Shown: one piece after another, positions 37,998-49,420 of the stretch
How the letters are laid out: every line of letters starts with the position of its first letter
Numbering within the stretch: position 1 is the first letter of the stretch
NCBI GenBank assembly: GCA_965262725.1
Contig: OZ253555.1
Location: forward strand, 704,001 to 768,000
From: Dehalococcoidia bacterium
GTDB taxonomy: Bacteria > Chloroflexota > Dehalococcoidia > UBA2979
Reading direction: 5' to 3'
Length of the DNA stretch: 64,000 nt
The notes under the pieces: generated by a model
Database searches by the model: none
What the model saw: the letters and a program-made list of their open reading frames with translations, nothing else
Told to the model about the DNA's origin: nothing
Translations under genes and position numbers: made by a program

Positions 37998-39205
37998 GGG
38001 TTCTCTGAACAGGTCGCCGCGTCGTTACTGGAGCACATGCACACTCCGATGACTATATGCGATCATGGCACTCCTCCGGGAAAGGGGAGCGCTGCCATGC
38101 ATCAGCCGACATTCGCGAGAGTCGAGTTCGAGCGGGATGGCTACAAGACGCGCCGCCAGAAGTTCCTCGAACGGCTGGATGGCCTCGTCCCGTGGCAGAG
38201 GTTCGAAGCAGCCATCGAGCCCCACTACCCGAAACCGGGCCGCGGGCGGAGGCCCTACCCGCTCTCCGTGATGCTGCGCATCCATACCGTGCAACTCTGC
38301 TACAACCTCAGCGACCCCGGCATGGAGGATCTGCTCCACGAGGCCGAGTCGGTGCGAGCCTTTTGCTTCCTCACGCTCTCCGAGCCCATCCCCGACGAGA
38401 CGACGATCCTCAACTTCCGGCACCTGCTCGAGCGCCACTCCCTGGGTAGCAGGATCCTCCAACTCATCAACGAGCACCTCACGAGCAAGGGATTGAAGCT
38501 GAGCGAGGGCAGCATCGTGGATGCGACCATCATCTCGGCGCCATCGTCGACGAAGAATCGCGGGCGGGCGCGGGACCCGGAGATGCATCAGACCAAGAAG
38601 GGGAAACAGTGGTTCTTCGGGATGAAGCTGCACATCGGCGCCGACAGGGATACTGGACTGGTCCACAACTTCACGACCACGCCTGCGAACGTGTCGGACG
38701 TGTCTGAGACGCACCGCCTGCTGCACGGCGAGGAAGCCGAGGTCTACGGCGACGCCGGGTACCGGGGCGTGCAGAAGAGACCCGAGAACGCGGACTCCAG
38801 GGTCAAGGACTGGAACGTGGCGATGCGCCCGGGCCTCCGGCGTGCGCTCGACCCGGAGAGTCCTGAGGCCGTCGAGGAGAAGCGGAAGGCATCGGTGCGA
38901 GCGCTGGTGGAGCACCCGTTCTACAGCGTGAAGCGGCGCTTCGGCTACGCCAAGGTGCGGTACCGGGGTCTCTTCAAGAACCACGAGCGGTGTGCGGTCT
39001 TGCTGGGGTTCCACAACCTGCTCACCGCGAAGCCGCACCGTGCCTGACCGTGGGTGGAGTGCGCCCTCCCCGCCCCACACGGGGCGAGGAGGGGAGCCAC
39101 AGGGGCCCGCGAGGGGGCGGATATGACCACTGTCATCGGGAATCCGCCTGAGAGCGCCTGACCGCGGCGAAACTGGGTCGCTAGACCCACCTGATCAGAC
39201 TTGCC
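37998..39205 (+). mobile_element. IS5-family element
   Basis: Imperfect IRs (TCTGA-CAGGT core); CTAG duplicated at 37994-97 and 39206-09. Confidence 0.88.
38097..39047 (+). CDS. IS5 transposase
   Basis: IPDETTILNFRH, VDATII, FGMKLH, GDAGY, RALVEHPF. Confidence 0.95.
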   Translation: MHQPTFARVEFERDGYKTRRQKFLERLDGLVPWQRFEAAIEPHYPKPGRGRRPYPLSVMLRIHTVQLCYNLSDPGMEDLLHEAESVRAFCFLTLSEPIPDETTILNFRHLLERHSLGSRILQLINEHLTSKGLKLSEGSIVDATIISAPSSTKNRGRARDPEMHQTKKGKQWFFGMKLHIGADRDTGLVHNFTTTPANVSDVSETHRLLHGEEAEVYGDAGYRGVQKRPENADSRVKDWNVAMRPGLRRALDPESPEAVEEKRKASVRALVEHPFYSVKRRFGYAKVRYRGLFKNHERCAVLLGFHNLLTAKPHRA

Positions 39206-39207
39206 CT

Positions 39208-42200
39208 AGGATGAGGCGCCGTCTCCGCGATCTCGCAGAGCATCTGGACGATATCCTCGGGCACCTCCTCGTCCGCCAGAGTTCCAATCGCATCTGCGAG
39301 TGTGTCCTCTATCCCCGTAACCCCGATGGCGGCGATGCGCCGCAGGATGCTGCATACCTGATCGCGTGTCCCGGGCCGCTCCGCCCCTGGCGGCCCGGTG
39401 AGTCCGCGCAGAATCGCTGCGAAGTAGGCGGAGTGATACGAACCATCCATCTGCTCAGGAAGACGCGCGAAGCGGCCCGGATCCTCGCGGACGAGTTCCT
39501 CAAGCCCGCGAGACAGCTCATGAGCGCCGCCGACGATCCGCCCGCCGCGAGCCGCACCCTCTCGGTCATGACGGTAACGTGCCATCGCCGCAAGCCACTG
39601 CGCATCCGTCATGAGTCGCTGACTCGCCGGCGAGATCGGCGGGCCCACCCACTGCGGCTTGAAGTCCTCGTGCGATGGTGGTCGCGGGGCTCCGCGCTCA
39701 GCAGCGTCCGTGTAGCGTCGTTCGAGCTCCTCGATCCGGCGGCGCGCGATCTCGCTGAGCCGCTTCTCGTCCATGGCGCAGAGGAGAGCCAACGCCGTGC
39801 GGCCAACGAACCGGTGCTGCCGTTCCCAATTGGGAGTGAACTCCAAGATGGCGGACTCTAGGTCGGCAAACGACTTGTCGGAGCACTGAGGCGAGGCCGC
39901 GGCAATCGCCGTGCGGCTAATCGCCGCGAGCATGTCTGTCCCGCCGGCGGCACTGCTGTACCCGATGTCGAGCCGGCGGTCTGGTGAGTCCAGGAGGAAC
40001 CGTACCACTCGTTCGGCATACCGCTCCGGGTTGGCACTCCAAGCTCGGAGCAGAAGCGCCGACATCCACTTGCTATTCCCCAGTCGCTCCGCCTCGACGA
40101 GGGCATCGAGTGCCTCAGGATCCTCGCGGGCGACCCGGCCCATCGCATCCACGAGGGCGTCTCGGAGTTGCTGGTCTGGACCGCCCCACCGGCTCGGTGC
40201 CGCGATCCGCTCCTTCGGGACGGCTAGGTCGAAGCGCGCTAGCCGCGGGAAGAGCTCCCTGGCGAATTGCACTGGGGCCGCTTCGGCGCACGTGCGGATC
40301 AGGTCGCCGCTGTACTGGCTATGTGGTACCAGTTTGAGGCCGTACTGGAATGGGTCACCCTCACCGAGCCCCGCGGCGCGTGCGATCTGCCGGTCAAACC
40401 ACGTACCGAGCACCCTGATGGCGAACTCCGCTTGTTCGGTACCCAGTCCGCGCCACATCAACCACCAGTCGTCGTTGCCAGCGATTCCCGGACGGGCATC
40501 GTCGAGCGTGCCATCCCGGATGAGCGCGACAGCGAGCTCTTGCATTTCCGCGCTGGTGCGGCCGTGCCGACCCTCAATGAGCCACCGGAGCCGCCCGCTC
40601 CACTCCTTGGAGGTGCCTCGGAATCCTCGGACCAGCGCCGCGACCTCCGCGGACCTCTCGTCCAGCACATGGGGCATGCGGAGCAGCCACAGGGCGCGGT
40701 TGACCTGCAGTTCGTCGGATTTGAGCCATTCCTCCCAGCGTCCCATCGCCTGCAGGATGTCGAACCAGGGCACGGAGTTCCGCGCGACTGTCCACGCGTG
40801 ATCGCCGAGCGTCTCGGCGAGCCCCTCAACCACTCGCCACTCATCCGACGTGGGATCGGGAAGCCCGCCGAGCCAATCGAGCACGAGCTGCTTGATGTGG
40901 AAGCGGGTGTCACTGTGGCTCAGCAATCCCCTGAGTGCTGTCAGATAGGAACGTCGATCGGACTCACGATCACGCAGAAACGCCAGCACCTGCCGGACTT
41001 GCGACCGTTTGAAGAGGTGCTGCTCGTCCTCAAGTAGCCACTGGACGATATTCTTGTTCGAGCGCACGAAGGCCCTCGAGAACGCGTAGTCGAAGAACGA
41101 CTCGTGGAAGAAGCCGACATAGTCGTTCTGGACGTAGACGACGCTCTCGGACGCCAACACGCTGAGTGCCTCGCCGTACTCGTCCAGGACGAACGCGGGC
41201 GCGACGAGCGATTCGCGCCGGCTGAGTTCATCAGACAGGCGCCCAAGTGCATGAGACCAGATCCTCATGTCGCCATGGAGCCGTTGGGAGACGGCGGCTG
41301 ACTTGTGCTCCCAGAACGCATCGTAGAGGTCTGCAGCGCTTGCGAATTCGATGTGGTGGGAGTCGGTCGACTCCAGCAGAAGGCGCAGGTGCAGAGGGGT
41401 CGAGAGGATCGCGATCTGCTTCTGGCTCAACCCCGCTGGGTCGAGCCCCGCAGCCGCGATCGCCGACCGGATGACCTCTTCCTTGAGCGGCCCGACAGCA
41501 ATGCGTGCGACACGCTCCCGATCTTCGGCGAGCCCGCGCAGTCGGGGGTCGCGGTCGAAGTCGAAGGAGCGGCACGCAAAAAGGATGCGCATGTTCGGGT
41601 ACGTTGTCCGGGCCTCTTCGAGCGTTTCGTTGAAGGCACCCCAGACAGCCTGGTTGCGAGCGGACACGACGCTCATCGCGTCGAGTTGGTCGACGACCAG
41701 AACAGATGGCCGGCCGCCCGCGAACTCCCCCAAAGTGATCGCTGGGGACGCCGGCAGCCCGAGCCGTGTGCCGATTGCCTGAGCGTGTTGATCGCCGCTC
41801 TCAAGCGTGTCCAGCCGAACGACGAGATACGGAACGTTCTCCGCCTCAAGTTGCTCCATCAGCTGCACCAGCACACAGCTCTTCCCGCTACCGGCCGCTC
41901 CTTCCAGCACGACCGACTTCCGCTGCTCGAGCAGAGCATCTAGTGCGGTCGCCGCCTCGTCCCGAATGATCTGGTCGCGATTGATGAGGCGAGACCGCAC
42001 GTCCTCCAAGTGGGAGCGGTTGCGCCGCTGGATTTGCCCACGTACGTCCGCGTCACCCACGAGTCGCGACCTCAAGAGTCCGTGCGCTGCAAGATCGTCG
42101 AGGACCGCCTCGCCAGTGAGACGCCTGCCGAGGTTGTCAGTCAGGAAGTCGCCGATCAGGAGCTTCGCGGCCCGAGGATCGACGGGCCGTCCATCCGCAG

Positions 42201-42759
42201 CCCTGAGCAGGGCGCGGACACGCGTCTCCACGGTCGCCCGGAGCATTGCCTCATTGACTGTCCGCACGCTCAGCCGGCGAAGTGCGGACCAAGCTCGGTG
42301 CTCGCTACCGCAGATCGGGACGACGTGCTTGACGAACTGCCCGGAAAGCACGGCGTTTTGCTCGATGCGCGCACCGAAATCGTCGAACGACTCAGTCGCG
42401 CTAGACTGGTCAATCAGCCTCTCGACTTCGCTTGCGCTAGTGCCGGAGCTGAAAACTCCCTCGGCCCCACTGTCGACCTTCGCGATGAGGTCGCCGAGGA
42501 TGCTCCTCCCCGTGCGCCCCTCCTCGGTGAGACGACTGAGTGTCCAGTTGCCCTTCCCCTGCTGTCGCTTGATGGAGTGGTACTCGAGGGCACCGGAGCG
42601 TTTCGTCCGAACGAACTCGACCCCGGCGGCTTCGTCACCGATCGCTTCGATTGTCAGGTCGACGTATTGGCCGTCGATGAGGTCCAGTGCAGCATGAACC
42701 GCCCACAGGCCCTCGTATCGGTTCCCCAGCTTGTCAGCCTCGCCGCCGGATCTAGGCAT
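39208..42759 (-). pseudogene. Avs/AVAST-like nuclease-STAND NTPase-helical repeat protein, N-terminal part
   Basis: GGEADKLGNRYE...VEF...EYHSIKRQ nuclease-like N-terminus; GAAGSGKS; VVDQLD; FFHESFFDY. Confidence 0.8.
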
Positions 42760-42799
42760 TGTCTCCGCGGTCCACACGCATGGAGGTGATCGCAGGCTC

Positions 42800-42950
42800 C
42801 GGTCAAGATGGGGCTATCCTCGCCGACGCTGTCTGCAGGGAGGAAGCGGCTGCCGATGCCGCCGTGCGGCCGCCACGCATTGTAGCGACGGAGCCAGCGC
42901 GGGAGCTCGTGGCGGCGCGTCTCGCGCAGCCGCTCCCGCACCGGCGAGTC
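42800..42950 (-). pseudogene. IS481/IS3-type transposase C-terminal relic
   Basis: LPRWLRRYNAWRPHGGIG. Confidence 0.6.
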
Positions 42951-43044
42951 GTGGAAGCCCCCGTGAGACGCACTCAACTTGAAACACGACGCCGATCTGC
43001 AAGGCGCGGACATAATGCCGATCACGCTCCGCACCCGCAGATTC

Positions 43045-43066
43045 CCGTCCCCAATCCGTCCCCAAT
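43045..43066 (+). repeat. tandem 11-bp repeat CCGTCCCCAAT x2, putative integrase arm site
   Basis: Exact tandem copy 70 nt from the tRNA-Sec 3' end. Confidence 0.55.
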
Positions 43067-43135
43067 TGCTTATGTACTCAGCAGTTGGCCATCGGGTCGA
43101 CACCCGATGCTGAGGCGGATCTGAACCTGAGGTGG

Positions 43136-43232
43136 TGGCGGGAGTGCGTGGGAGTCGAACCCACCCAGGACTGCGACGCAGCCCCACGACGGTTTTGAAG
43201 ACCGCGGGCACCACCGGACACCATCCACTCCC
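43136..43232 (-). tRNA. selC: tRNA-Sec (anticodon UCA)
   Basis: 97 nt; CTTCAAA anticodon loop; long variable arm; GTTCGACTC T-arm; 8-bp acceptor stem; GCCA end. Confidence 0.95.
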
Positions 43233-43405
43233 ACGGCCATTCTCGCGATCGGACCGGCTGCTGTCACCGTTCGTGTGCATTCGCCGAGCGGGCGTGCCAC
43301 GATCGGCCTCACCGGCACCCGTCTCGCCCGGCACACTCGCGTGAGGCCGCGCGGGAAGAGCCTCGGGAGCTCGTCGCGGAGTGGCGCGATCCGAGGGGAG
43401 CGCCC

Positions 43406-44644
43406 GTGACGATCGAAGGACGGGATCCGGCCTCACCCGCGGCCCGTCCCGGGCTCCTCGCGTCGTTCGAGGAGCCCGTCTTCCGGACGACCTGGCTCGG
43501 CGCCGTTCTCTTCGGCCTCGGCGTGTCGATGGAGCGGCTCGCGATCGGGTGGTTCGTACTCGACGAGACCGGCTCGATCCTCCTCGCCGCACTCTCCTTC
43601 GCGATCCGCACCGTGCCCAATCTCGTCATCGGTCCGATCGCCGGGGCCGTCTCCGACCGGTGGTCGCGCGCTCGCGTTCTGGCCGTGGCCGCCGCCGTGC
43701 GCATGGTCGCGGCGACCTTGATGGCGGTCACCGTCGCGGTCGATGTTACCGTGGTGCCGCTTCTCATCGCGCTCGCCGCCGTCTCGGGGTCGACGAACGC
43801 CTTCCAGATTACAGCGCTCCAGCCCCTGCAGGCCGACATCGTCGGTCGGGAGCGGCTCGGGAACGCCATCAGCCTGACCTCACTCGGTCAGAGGTCGATC
43901 GGCGTCGCCGGTGCCCTGAGCGGTGGCGTGCTCATCGGCTGGCTCGGCCCGGCGCCGGCCCTGCTCGTAAGTGTCGTGCCGCTCGCGCTGGCTGCACTGC
44001 TGTTCGCGCGCGCTCACCGCAAGGCGGCCCGCCCGAGGCCGGACGCGCGCTTCGCCGCGGAGGTCGTCGAGGGGTTGCGCCTGCTCGTGACCACGCCGAT
44101 GGTGCGGCTGCTGCTCGGGATGATGATCGTCATCGAGATTTTCGGGTTCGCCTACATGGGCCTGCTCCCCGCCGTCGCCGATCTCGTTCTGAGCGTCGGG
44201 CCCGAGGGCCTCGGCGTGCTGACGGCGGGCGCAGCCGTGGGCTCGATGCTGGGGATGCTGTTCCTGGTCGCTGTGGCAGATCGCCTGCGCCGTGGTCCGA
44301 TGCTGATCGGCGTGTTCGCGCTGTTCGGCGCGCTCCTTCTCGTGCTGGGGAACTCGACGCTCTTCTGGCTCTCCCTGGGGGCCGCCGCCGGGATCGGGGC
44401 CGCGGCGGCGATGGTCGACACGCTCGAGTGGATCATGCTGCAGCACGCCGTGCCCGCGTCGCTGCGCGGTCGGGCGGTCGGGGGCTGGAACTTCGCCATC
44501 GGCTGGGGATGGATCGGACCGATCACGCTGGGCGCCGTCGCCGAGGCGACCAACGTCTCGACCGCACTCACCGTCGGCGGGACGGTCCTTCTCGTCTCGG
44601 CGGTGGCGGTGTGGTTCGCCGCGGGGAGCATCCGGGCGCGGTGA
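43406..44644 (+). CDS. MFS transporter
   Basis: 12 TM pattern, GAVSDRWSR motif A. Confidence 0.9.
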   Translation: MTIEGRDPASPAARPGLLASFEEPVFRTTWLGAVLFGLGVSMERLAIGWFVLDETGSILLAALSFAIRTVPNLVIGPIAGAVSDRWSRARVLAVAAAVRMVAATLMAVTVAVDVTVVPLLIALAAVSGSTNAFQITALQPLQADIVGRERLGNAISLTSLGQRSIGVAGALSGGVLIGWLGPAPALLVSVVPLALAALLFARAHRKAARPRPDARFAAEVVEGLRLLVTTPMVRLLLGMMIVIEIFGFAYMGLLPAVADLVLSVGPEGLGVLTAGAAVGSMLGMLFLVAVADRLRRGPMLIGVFALFGALLLVLGNSTLFWLSLGAAAGIGAAAAMVDTLEWIMLQHAVPASLRGRAVGGWNFAIGWGWIGPITLGAVAEATNVSTALTVGGTVLLVSAVAVWFAAGSIRAR

Positions 44645-44731
44645 GCCGAGGCCGCCGCCGGCGCTCTCGGCGAGGGCCTGTGTTTCAATGGCGAGCGCGC
44701 AGGGGGCGGGTCGGATGACGGTGAGGCGCCG

Positions 44732-45568
44732 ATGACGGAACCGAGCTCCGTGCGCGTCGGCGCCATCGAGGTCGTCGCGCTCTACGACACGCCGCTCCGG
44801 CGCGCGTTCGGCTGGACCTTCCCCGACGTTCCGGCCGAGGCGTGGTCGTCGTACCGTGAGCTCTACCCGGCCGCGGGCTCGGGCGAGAACTTCACCTTCA
44901 ATACGCAGGGGTTTCTGCTGAGGACGCCGGAGCGGACGATCGTCGTCGACACAGGGTTGGGGCCCGGACCGCACGAGCGCCTCGGAGGCGTGCGCGGTCG
45001 CCTGCTCGATGAGCTGAGAGCGGCCGGCGTCACGCCGGGTGAGGTCGATATCGTGCTCTTCACGCACCTCCACGGCGACCACGTCGGCTGGAACGTGGTC
45101 GCCGGCGAGCCGTCCTTCTCCCGCGCGCGCCATCTCGTGCCCGAGCAGGACTGGCGCTACTTCGGGGATCCGGACCGCTCCGAGCGCTACCCCCATATCG
45201 CGCAGCAGGTAACGCCGCTTCAGGAGCGGGGCATGCTCGAGATGACGAGCGGCGAGGAGCAGCTCGCGCCGGGGGTGCGGCTACTTCCAACGCCCGGCCA
45301 CACGCCCGGCCACCAGAGCCTGCTGCTTGAGTCCGGCGGCGAGCGGGCGGTCTTGATCGGAGACGTCGCGCACCACCCGGCGCAGGTGCAGGAGACGTCG
45401 TGGGGCCCGCGCTTCGACGAGGACTCGCAGGCGGCCGCCCGGACGCGGCGCCGGGTCATGGAGCAGCTCGAGTCGGAGTCCCCCCTCGTCATCGCCGGTC
45501 ATTTCCCCGCTCCGGGCTTCGGGCGCGTCGTACGCCTCGAGGGCCGGCGCATCTTCCGGGCCCTCTAA
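44732..45568 (+). CDS. MBL-fold metallo-hydrolase
   Basis: THLHGDHVG, GHTPGH, GD, GHF. Confidence 0.95.
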   Translation: MTEPSSVRVGAIEVVALYDTPLRRAFGWTFPDVPAEAWSSYRELYPAAGSGENFTFNTQGFLLRTPERTIVVDTGLGPGPHERLGGVRGRLLDELRAAGVTPGEVDIVLFTHLHGDHVGWNVVAGEPSFSRARHLVPEQDWRYFGDPDRSERYPHIAQQVTPLQERGMLEMTSGEEQLAPGVRLLPTPGHTPGHQSLLLESGGERAVLIGDVAHHPAQVQETSWGPRFDEDSQAAARTRRRVMEQLESESPLVIAGHFPAPGFGRVVRLEGRRIFRAL

Positions 45569-45600
45569 CGCCCGGGTCCGGATCGCCGCGGGGCGAGGAG

Positions 45601-46908
45601 GTGCGCTTCCGGGACGTCCCAGGCGGCCCCGGTCGGCCCTCGGGCGGGCGCGGCGCAAGGCCTCGCATCTTCTTCGGCTGGTACATCGTCGCCGCCGGTC
45701 TCGTCACCAATCTCGTGATGGGCGCCGGACTCGTCGGCTACGTCCCGGGCGTCTTCCTGGAGCCGATGACCGAGGAGCTGGGCTGGACACGCACGGAGTT
45801 CATCGTCGCCTTCATCGGAGGCCAGGTCGTCATGGCGTTCTCCGGCCTCGCCGTGGGCGGGCTGATCGACCGGCACGGCGGCCGTCCCCTGGTGCTCGCC
45901 GGCAGTGCCATCACCATCGTGACCCTGCTCCTGACCGCCGAGGTGCGTGAGCTGTGGCAGTGGTGGCTGTTGCGCGGACTGCTGCAGTCCACGGGGATCG
46001 CCATTGCGGGATCTCTGGTCGTCAGCGTCACGCTCTCGAAGTGGTTCGTGGCGCGCCGGGGCCGTGCGATCGCGATCGCGGCGATGGGTCTCTCGCTCGC
46101 GGGAGTGGTGGTGCCGAACGCGCTCACGCCGGTCGTCGACGAGTTCGGCTGGCGCGCCGGCTGGCGCGTGCTCGCGCTCGCGACGGCGGTGCTCGTGATA
46201 CCGGCGGCGCTCGCGATGAGGCGTCAGCCGGAGGATCAGGGGCTTCTGCCCGATGGCCGCCGGCAGGACGACTCAGACAGCGCGTCGGCTGCGATCGCCC
46301 GTCGGGACTTCGCGCGCTCGCTGACGCGGTCGCAGGCGCTGCGGACGTCGGCGTTCTGGCTGCTGATCGTCGCGTTCGGTCTCGTCGGCCTGAACGTGCT
46401 CTCGCTGGCGACGCAGGGGATCCCCTTCCTGACAGACGTCGGCTTCTCGCGCGGGACGGCGGCGCTCATGCTGTCGCTCCTGGCACTGCCGGGCCTGCTC
46501 ACGCGCCCGCTGTGGGGGCTGGCGGCCGAACGGATCTCCGTGCGACTGCTCGCGACGGCGGCGTTCGTCGCGGTCGCTGTGGGGATGCTCGCCGTCGTGG
46601 CGACCGCGCGGGCGGGGAGCACCCCCCTGGTCGCGGCCAGCTTCCTCACCGTCGGTCTCGGGATGGCCGGCTTCGCCCCCCTGAACGAGCTGCTCTGGGC
46701 CACGCTGTTCGGGCGCCGCTACCTGGGCGCCGTGCGCGGCGTCGTGATGCCCTTTTCGGTGGTCTTCGGCGCGGCGGGTCCGCTCGGTCTCGCGCTCTAC
46801 CACGACATCGTGGGGAACTACGACGGCATCCTCGTCGTCATGGGAGGGCTCGCCGTGCTCGCAGCCGTCCTGATGCAGTTCGTGCGCGATCCGTCCGCTC
46901 CCGGGTGA
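45601..46908 (+). CDS. MFS transporter
   Basis: FFGWYIV, GGLIDRHGGR, KWF..RRG.A. Confidence 0.9.
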   Translation: MRFRDVPGGPGRPSGGRGARPRIFFGWYIVAAGLVTNLVMGAGLVGYVPGVFLEPMTEELGWTRTEFIVAFIGGQVVMAFSGLAVGGLIDRHGGRPLVLAGSAITIVTLLLTAEVRELWQWWLLRGLLQSTGIAIAGSLVVSVTLSKWFVARRGRAIAIAAMGLSLAGVVVPNALTPVVDEFGWRAGWRVLALATAVLVIPAALAMRRQPEDQGLLPDGRRQDDSDSASAAIARRDFARSLTRSQALRTSAFWLLIVAFGLVGLNVLSLATQGIPFLTDVGFSRGTAALMLSLLALPGLLTRPLWGLAAERISVRLLATAAFVAVAVGMLAVVATARAGSTPLVAASFLTVGLGMAGFAPLNELLWATLFGRRYLGAVRGVVMPFSVVFGAAGPLGLALYHDIVGNYDGILVVMGGLAVLAAVLMQFVRDPSAPG

Positions 46909-46920
46909 CCGGCCGCCCCG

Positions 46921-48189
46921 CTAGCCGCCGCCCCGCGGCGGCGGGTCGGGGTAGCGATCGCCGATCACGTCTCCCTGCGCGAGTGCGTCGATCTCGGGGT
47001 CGCTGTAGCCGACTTCGCGGAGAACCTCGCGGTTGTGCTCGCCGAGGAGGCCGCAGCGGCGATCCCAGCTCGGCGCATCGGGCGAGAGCCGCCACAGGAA
47101 GCCGCCCAGCAACCGGTTCGGCAGATAGGGGTGGTCGACGCTCTGGAACCACTCTCGCTCGTGTAGCTGGGGGGAGTAGAGCGGACCCTCCGGAGGATTC
47201 GCGGGAGCGCCGATCGCCCCGGCCGCCTGCACGCGGTCCGCGATCTCGTAGGGATCGCCGCTTCGCGCGAACTCGCCGACCGCCCGATCGACGGCCGCGC
47301 GCTCGCGAAGGCGCCCCGTGAGCGTCGCCCACGGGTGTCCGTCGGCGGCCCACTCCGGGTGGCCCATCGTGCGGGCGAGCGCCTCCCATTGCGCATCGTT
47401 CTCCGCCGCGATCACCACCCACCCGTCCTCCGTCGCGGCCCGGTAGCACCCGTGCGGCACCACGTGGGCTTCGGCGTTGCCCAGGCGCGGTGGCACGCGG
47501 CCGTTGAGCGTCCACTCCCCGAGCACGCCGGGGATCTGCGTCGCGAGCTCCTCGATCTGGGCGAGGTCGATGTAGCTCCCCGTGCCGGTCTCCTCGCGGC
47601 GTATAGACGCCGTGACGACGGCGAAGATGAGCGCGAGCGGCACGGTGGAGTCCGAGTGCAGCGTCGGGATCATCTCCTCGACGGGCGCGTCGGGATAACC
47701 GCGGACGGAGGCGAGCCCGGACATCGCCTCGAAGCCGACGCCGTACATCACGTAGCCCTGGTACGGCCCCTCCTGTCCCCAGCCGGCGAGGGAGATCATC
47801 GTGAGCCGGGGGTTCAGCGCGTGCACCGCCTGCCAGCCGAATCCGAGCCGCGTGATGGTGCCCGCCGAGAAGCTCTCCACCAGCACGTCTCCCCACCGCA
47901 CGAGCCGGCGGAGCACCTCCGCGCCCTCGGGCGTGCGGACGTCGACGGCGATGTTGCGCTTGTTGCGGTTGCCGTGGTGGTGCGTGTTGGCACGCTCGTA
48001 GACGGGTCCGGGACCGTCGGCGACCCGGGCGTCCGGGACGGTGAGCGGTCGTGTCGTGGAGGTCCGCGGGTAGCTCTCGAGCTTGATGACCTCGGCGCCG
48101 AGATCCCCCAGTAGCGAGCAGCCGAACGGTCCCGCCCAGACCTCGGCGAGCTCGATGACGCGCAGGCCCCGCAGCGCCTCGCTGCTCAT
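46921..48189 (-). CDS. class III CoA-transferase (CaiB/BaiF)
   Basis: LGDLGAEVIKLE, NRNKR, conserved Asp (HSD), LGEHN. Confidence 0.92.
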   Translation of the reverse strand: MSSEALRGLRVIELAEVWAGPFGCSLLGDLGAEVIKLESYPRTSTTRPLTVPDARVADGPGPVYERANTHHHGNRNKRNIAVDVRTPEGAEVLRRLVRWGDVLVESFSAGTITRLGFGWQAVHALNPRLTMISLAGWGQEGPYQGYVMYGVGFEAMSGLASVRGYPDAPVEEMIPTLHSDSTVPLALIFAVVTASIRREETGTGSYIDLAQIEELATQIPGVLGEWTLNGRVPPRLGNAEAHVVPHGCYRAATEDGWVVIAAENDAQWEALARTMGHPEWAADGHPWATLTGRLRERAAVDRAVGEFARSGDPYEIADRVQAAGAIGAPANPPEGPLYSPQLHEREWFQSVDHPYLPNRLLGGFLWRLSPDAPSWDRRCGLLGEHNREVLREVGYSDPEIDALAQGDVIGDRYPDPPPRGGG

Positions 48190-48211
48190 CAGGGCTCCTT
48201 CCGCCCGCGCA

Positions 48212-49420
48212 TCATCCGGTCACGCCCGCCCGGAAGAGGGCTATCTGCTCGTCGGCGGAATAGCCGTGCTCGCCGAGAATCTCCGCGCCGTGCTCGCCGA
48301 GCGTCGGCGAGGGCCGCGCCCGCCAGGCGTCGCCGGTCACGCCGTCGAGGCGGAAGGGCGCACCGGCTATGGTCACGGTACCGACGCCGGGCTGCTCCAC
48401 CTCCACGTAGGAGCGTCTGGCCACCATCTGCGGATCCGCCATCACCTCGGAGGCGTCGAGCAGCGGCACGGCCATCGCCTGGTAACGCTGCATGTGCTCG
48501 AAGACCTCGTACTTCGTCCGCGAGGCGAGCCACTCGCGCAGGTGGGGCGCGAATTCATCGAAGTGCAGCGGCTTCTGTGAGAGGTCGGCGAAGCGCGGGT
48601 CGGCCGCGATCTCCGGCTTGCCGATCGCCTCGCAGACGCGGCTGAAGAAGGGCTCCCGACCCGCGGAGAAGAGCATGTGGCCATCGCGGCAGGGCCAGGC
48701 TCCCGCCGGGTACATCGCCCGCGACTGGCCCCCGGCCCGCGGCTGCACGGCGCCGTTGACCGCCCACAGGAAGAACGAGGTGTCGACGTTGCCCGTGATC
48801 GCCTCCACCGCCGAGATCTCGGCATCGCGTCGCCGCCCGTCCTGACGCCGGCCCCACAGGGCCGCGATCCCCACCGCCGCAGCTGTGGAGCCGACCTGGG
48901 CCATCCCCAGGAACGGCGCGTAGCGCAGGGGCTCGCGGCCCTGGATGGAGTGGCGGTGCGCCCGCGTCGACCAGGCGAAGAGCGAGAGGTCGTTCTCGAT
49001 CCGTCCCTCGTAGGGGCCGTCCATGCCGTGCGGGGTGATGACGACGGTGCATGGCCCCTCGTCGGGGTCGACCAGGGCGAGGATCCTGCGTGCGTCGGCG
49101 GGGGGCAGGTCGAGGATGAGCAGCTCGCACGCGGTCGCGAGGCGGCCGACGACCTCCCGACCCGAGGGCGTGCGGTGATCCAGGACCAGTGAGCGCTTTC
49201 CCGTGTTGAAGGCGAGGTGGAACGCGCCCGCATCGATGTGCGGGCGATCCCCCGGGAACGGCGGGACGCGCCGCGCCTCGCCCCCGCCCGGTGGCTCGAC
49301 CAGGATCACGGATCCGCCGAAATCGGAGAATCGCTTGGTGGCGGCGGCCGCCGCCACCGTGCCGCCCACCTCGACGACGCGCAGACCCTCAAGCGGCTGT
49401 CCCACGCACTCTCCCGTCAC
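48212..49420 (-). CDS. class III CoA-transferase subunit
   Basis: DFGGSVILVEPPGG, NTGKRS, PTLGEH. Confidence 0.9.
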   Translation of the reverse strand: MTGECVGQPLEGLRVVEVGGTVAAAAATKRFSDFGGSVILVEPPGGGEARRVPPFPGDRPHIDAGAFHLAFNTGKRSLVLDHRTPSGREVVGRLATACELLILDLPPADARRILALVDPDEGPCTVVITPHGMDGPYEGRIENDLSLFAWSTRAHRHSIQGREPLRYAPFLGMAQVGSTAAAVGIAALWGRRQDGRRRDAEISAVEAITGNVDTSFFLWAVNGAVQPRAGGQSRAMYPAGAWPCRDGHMLFSAGREPFFSRVCEAIGKPEIAADPRFADLSQKPLHFDEFAPHLREWLASRTKYEVFEHMQRYQAMAVPLLDASEVMADPQMVARRSYVEVEQPGVGTVTIAGAPFRLDGVTGDAWRARPSPTLGEHGAEILGEHGYSADEQIALFRAGVTG

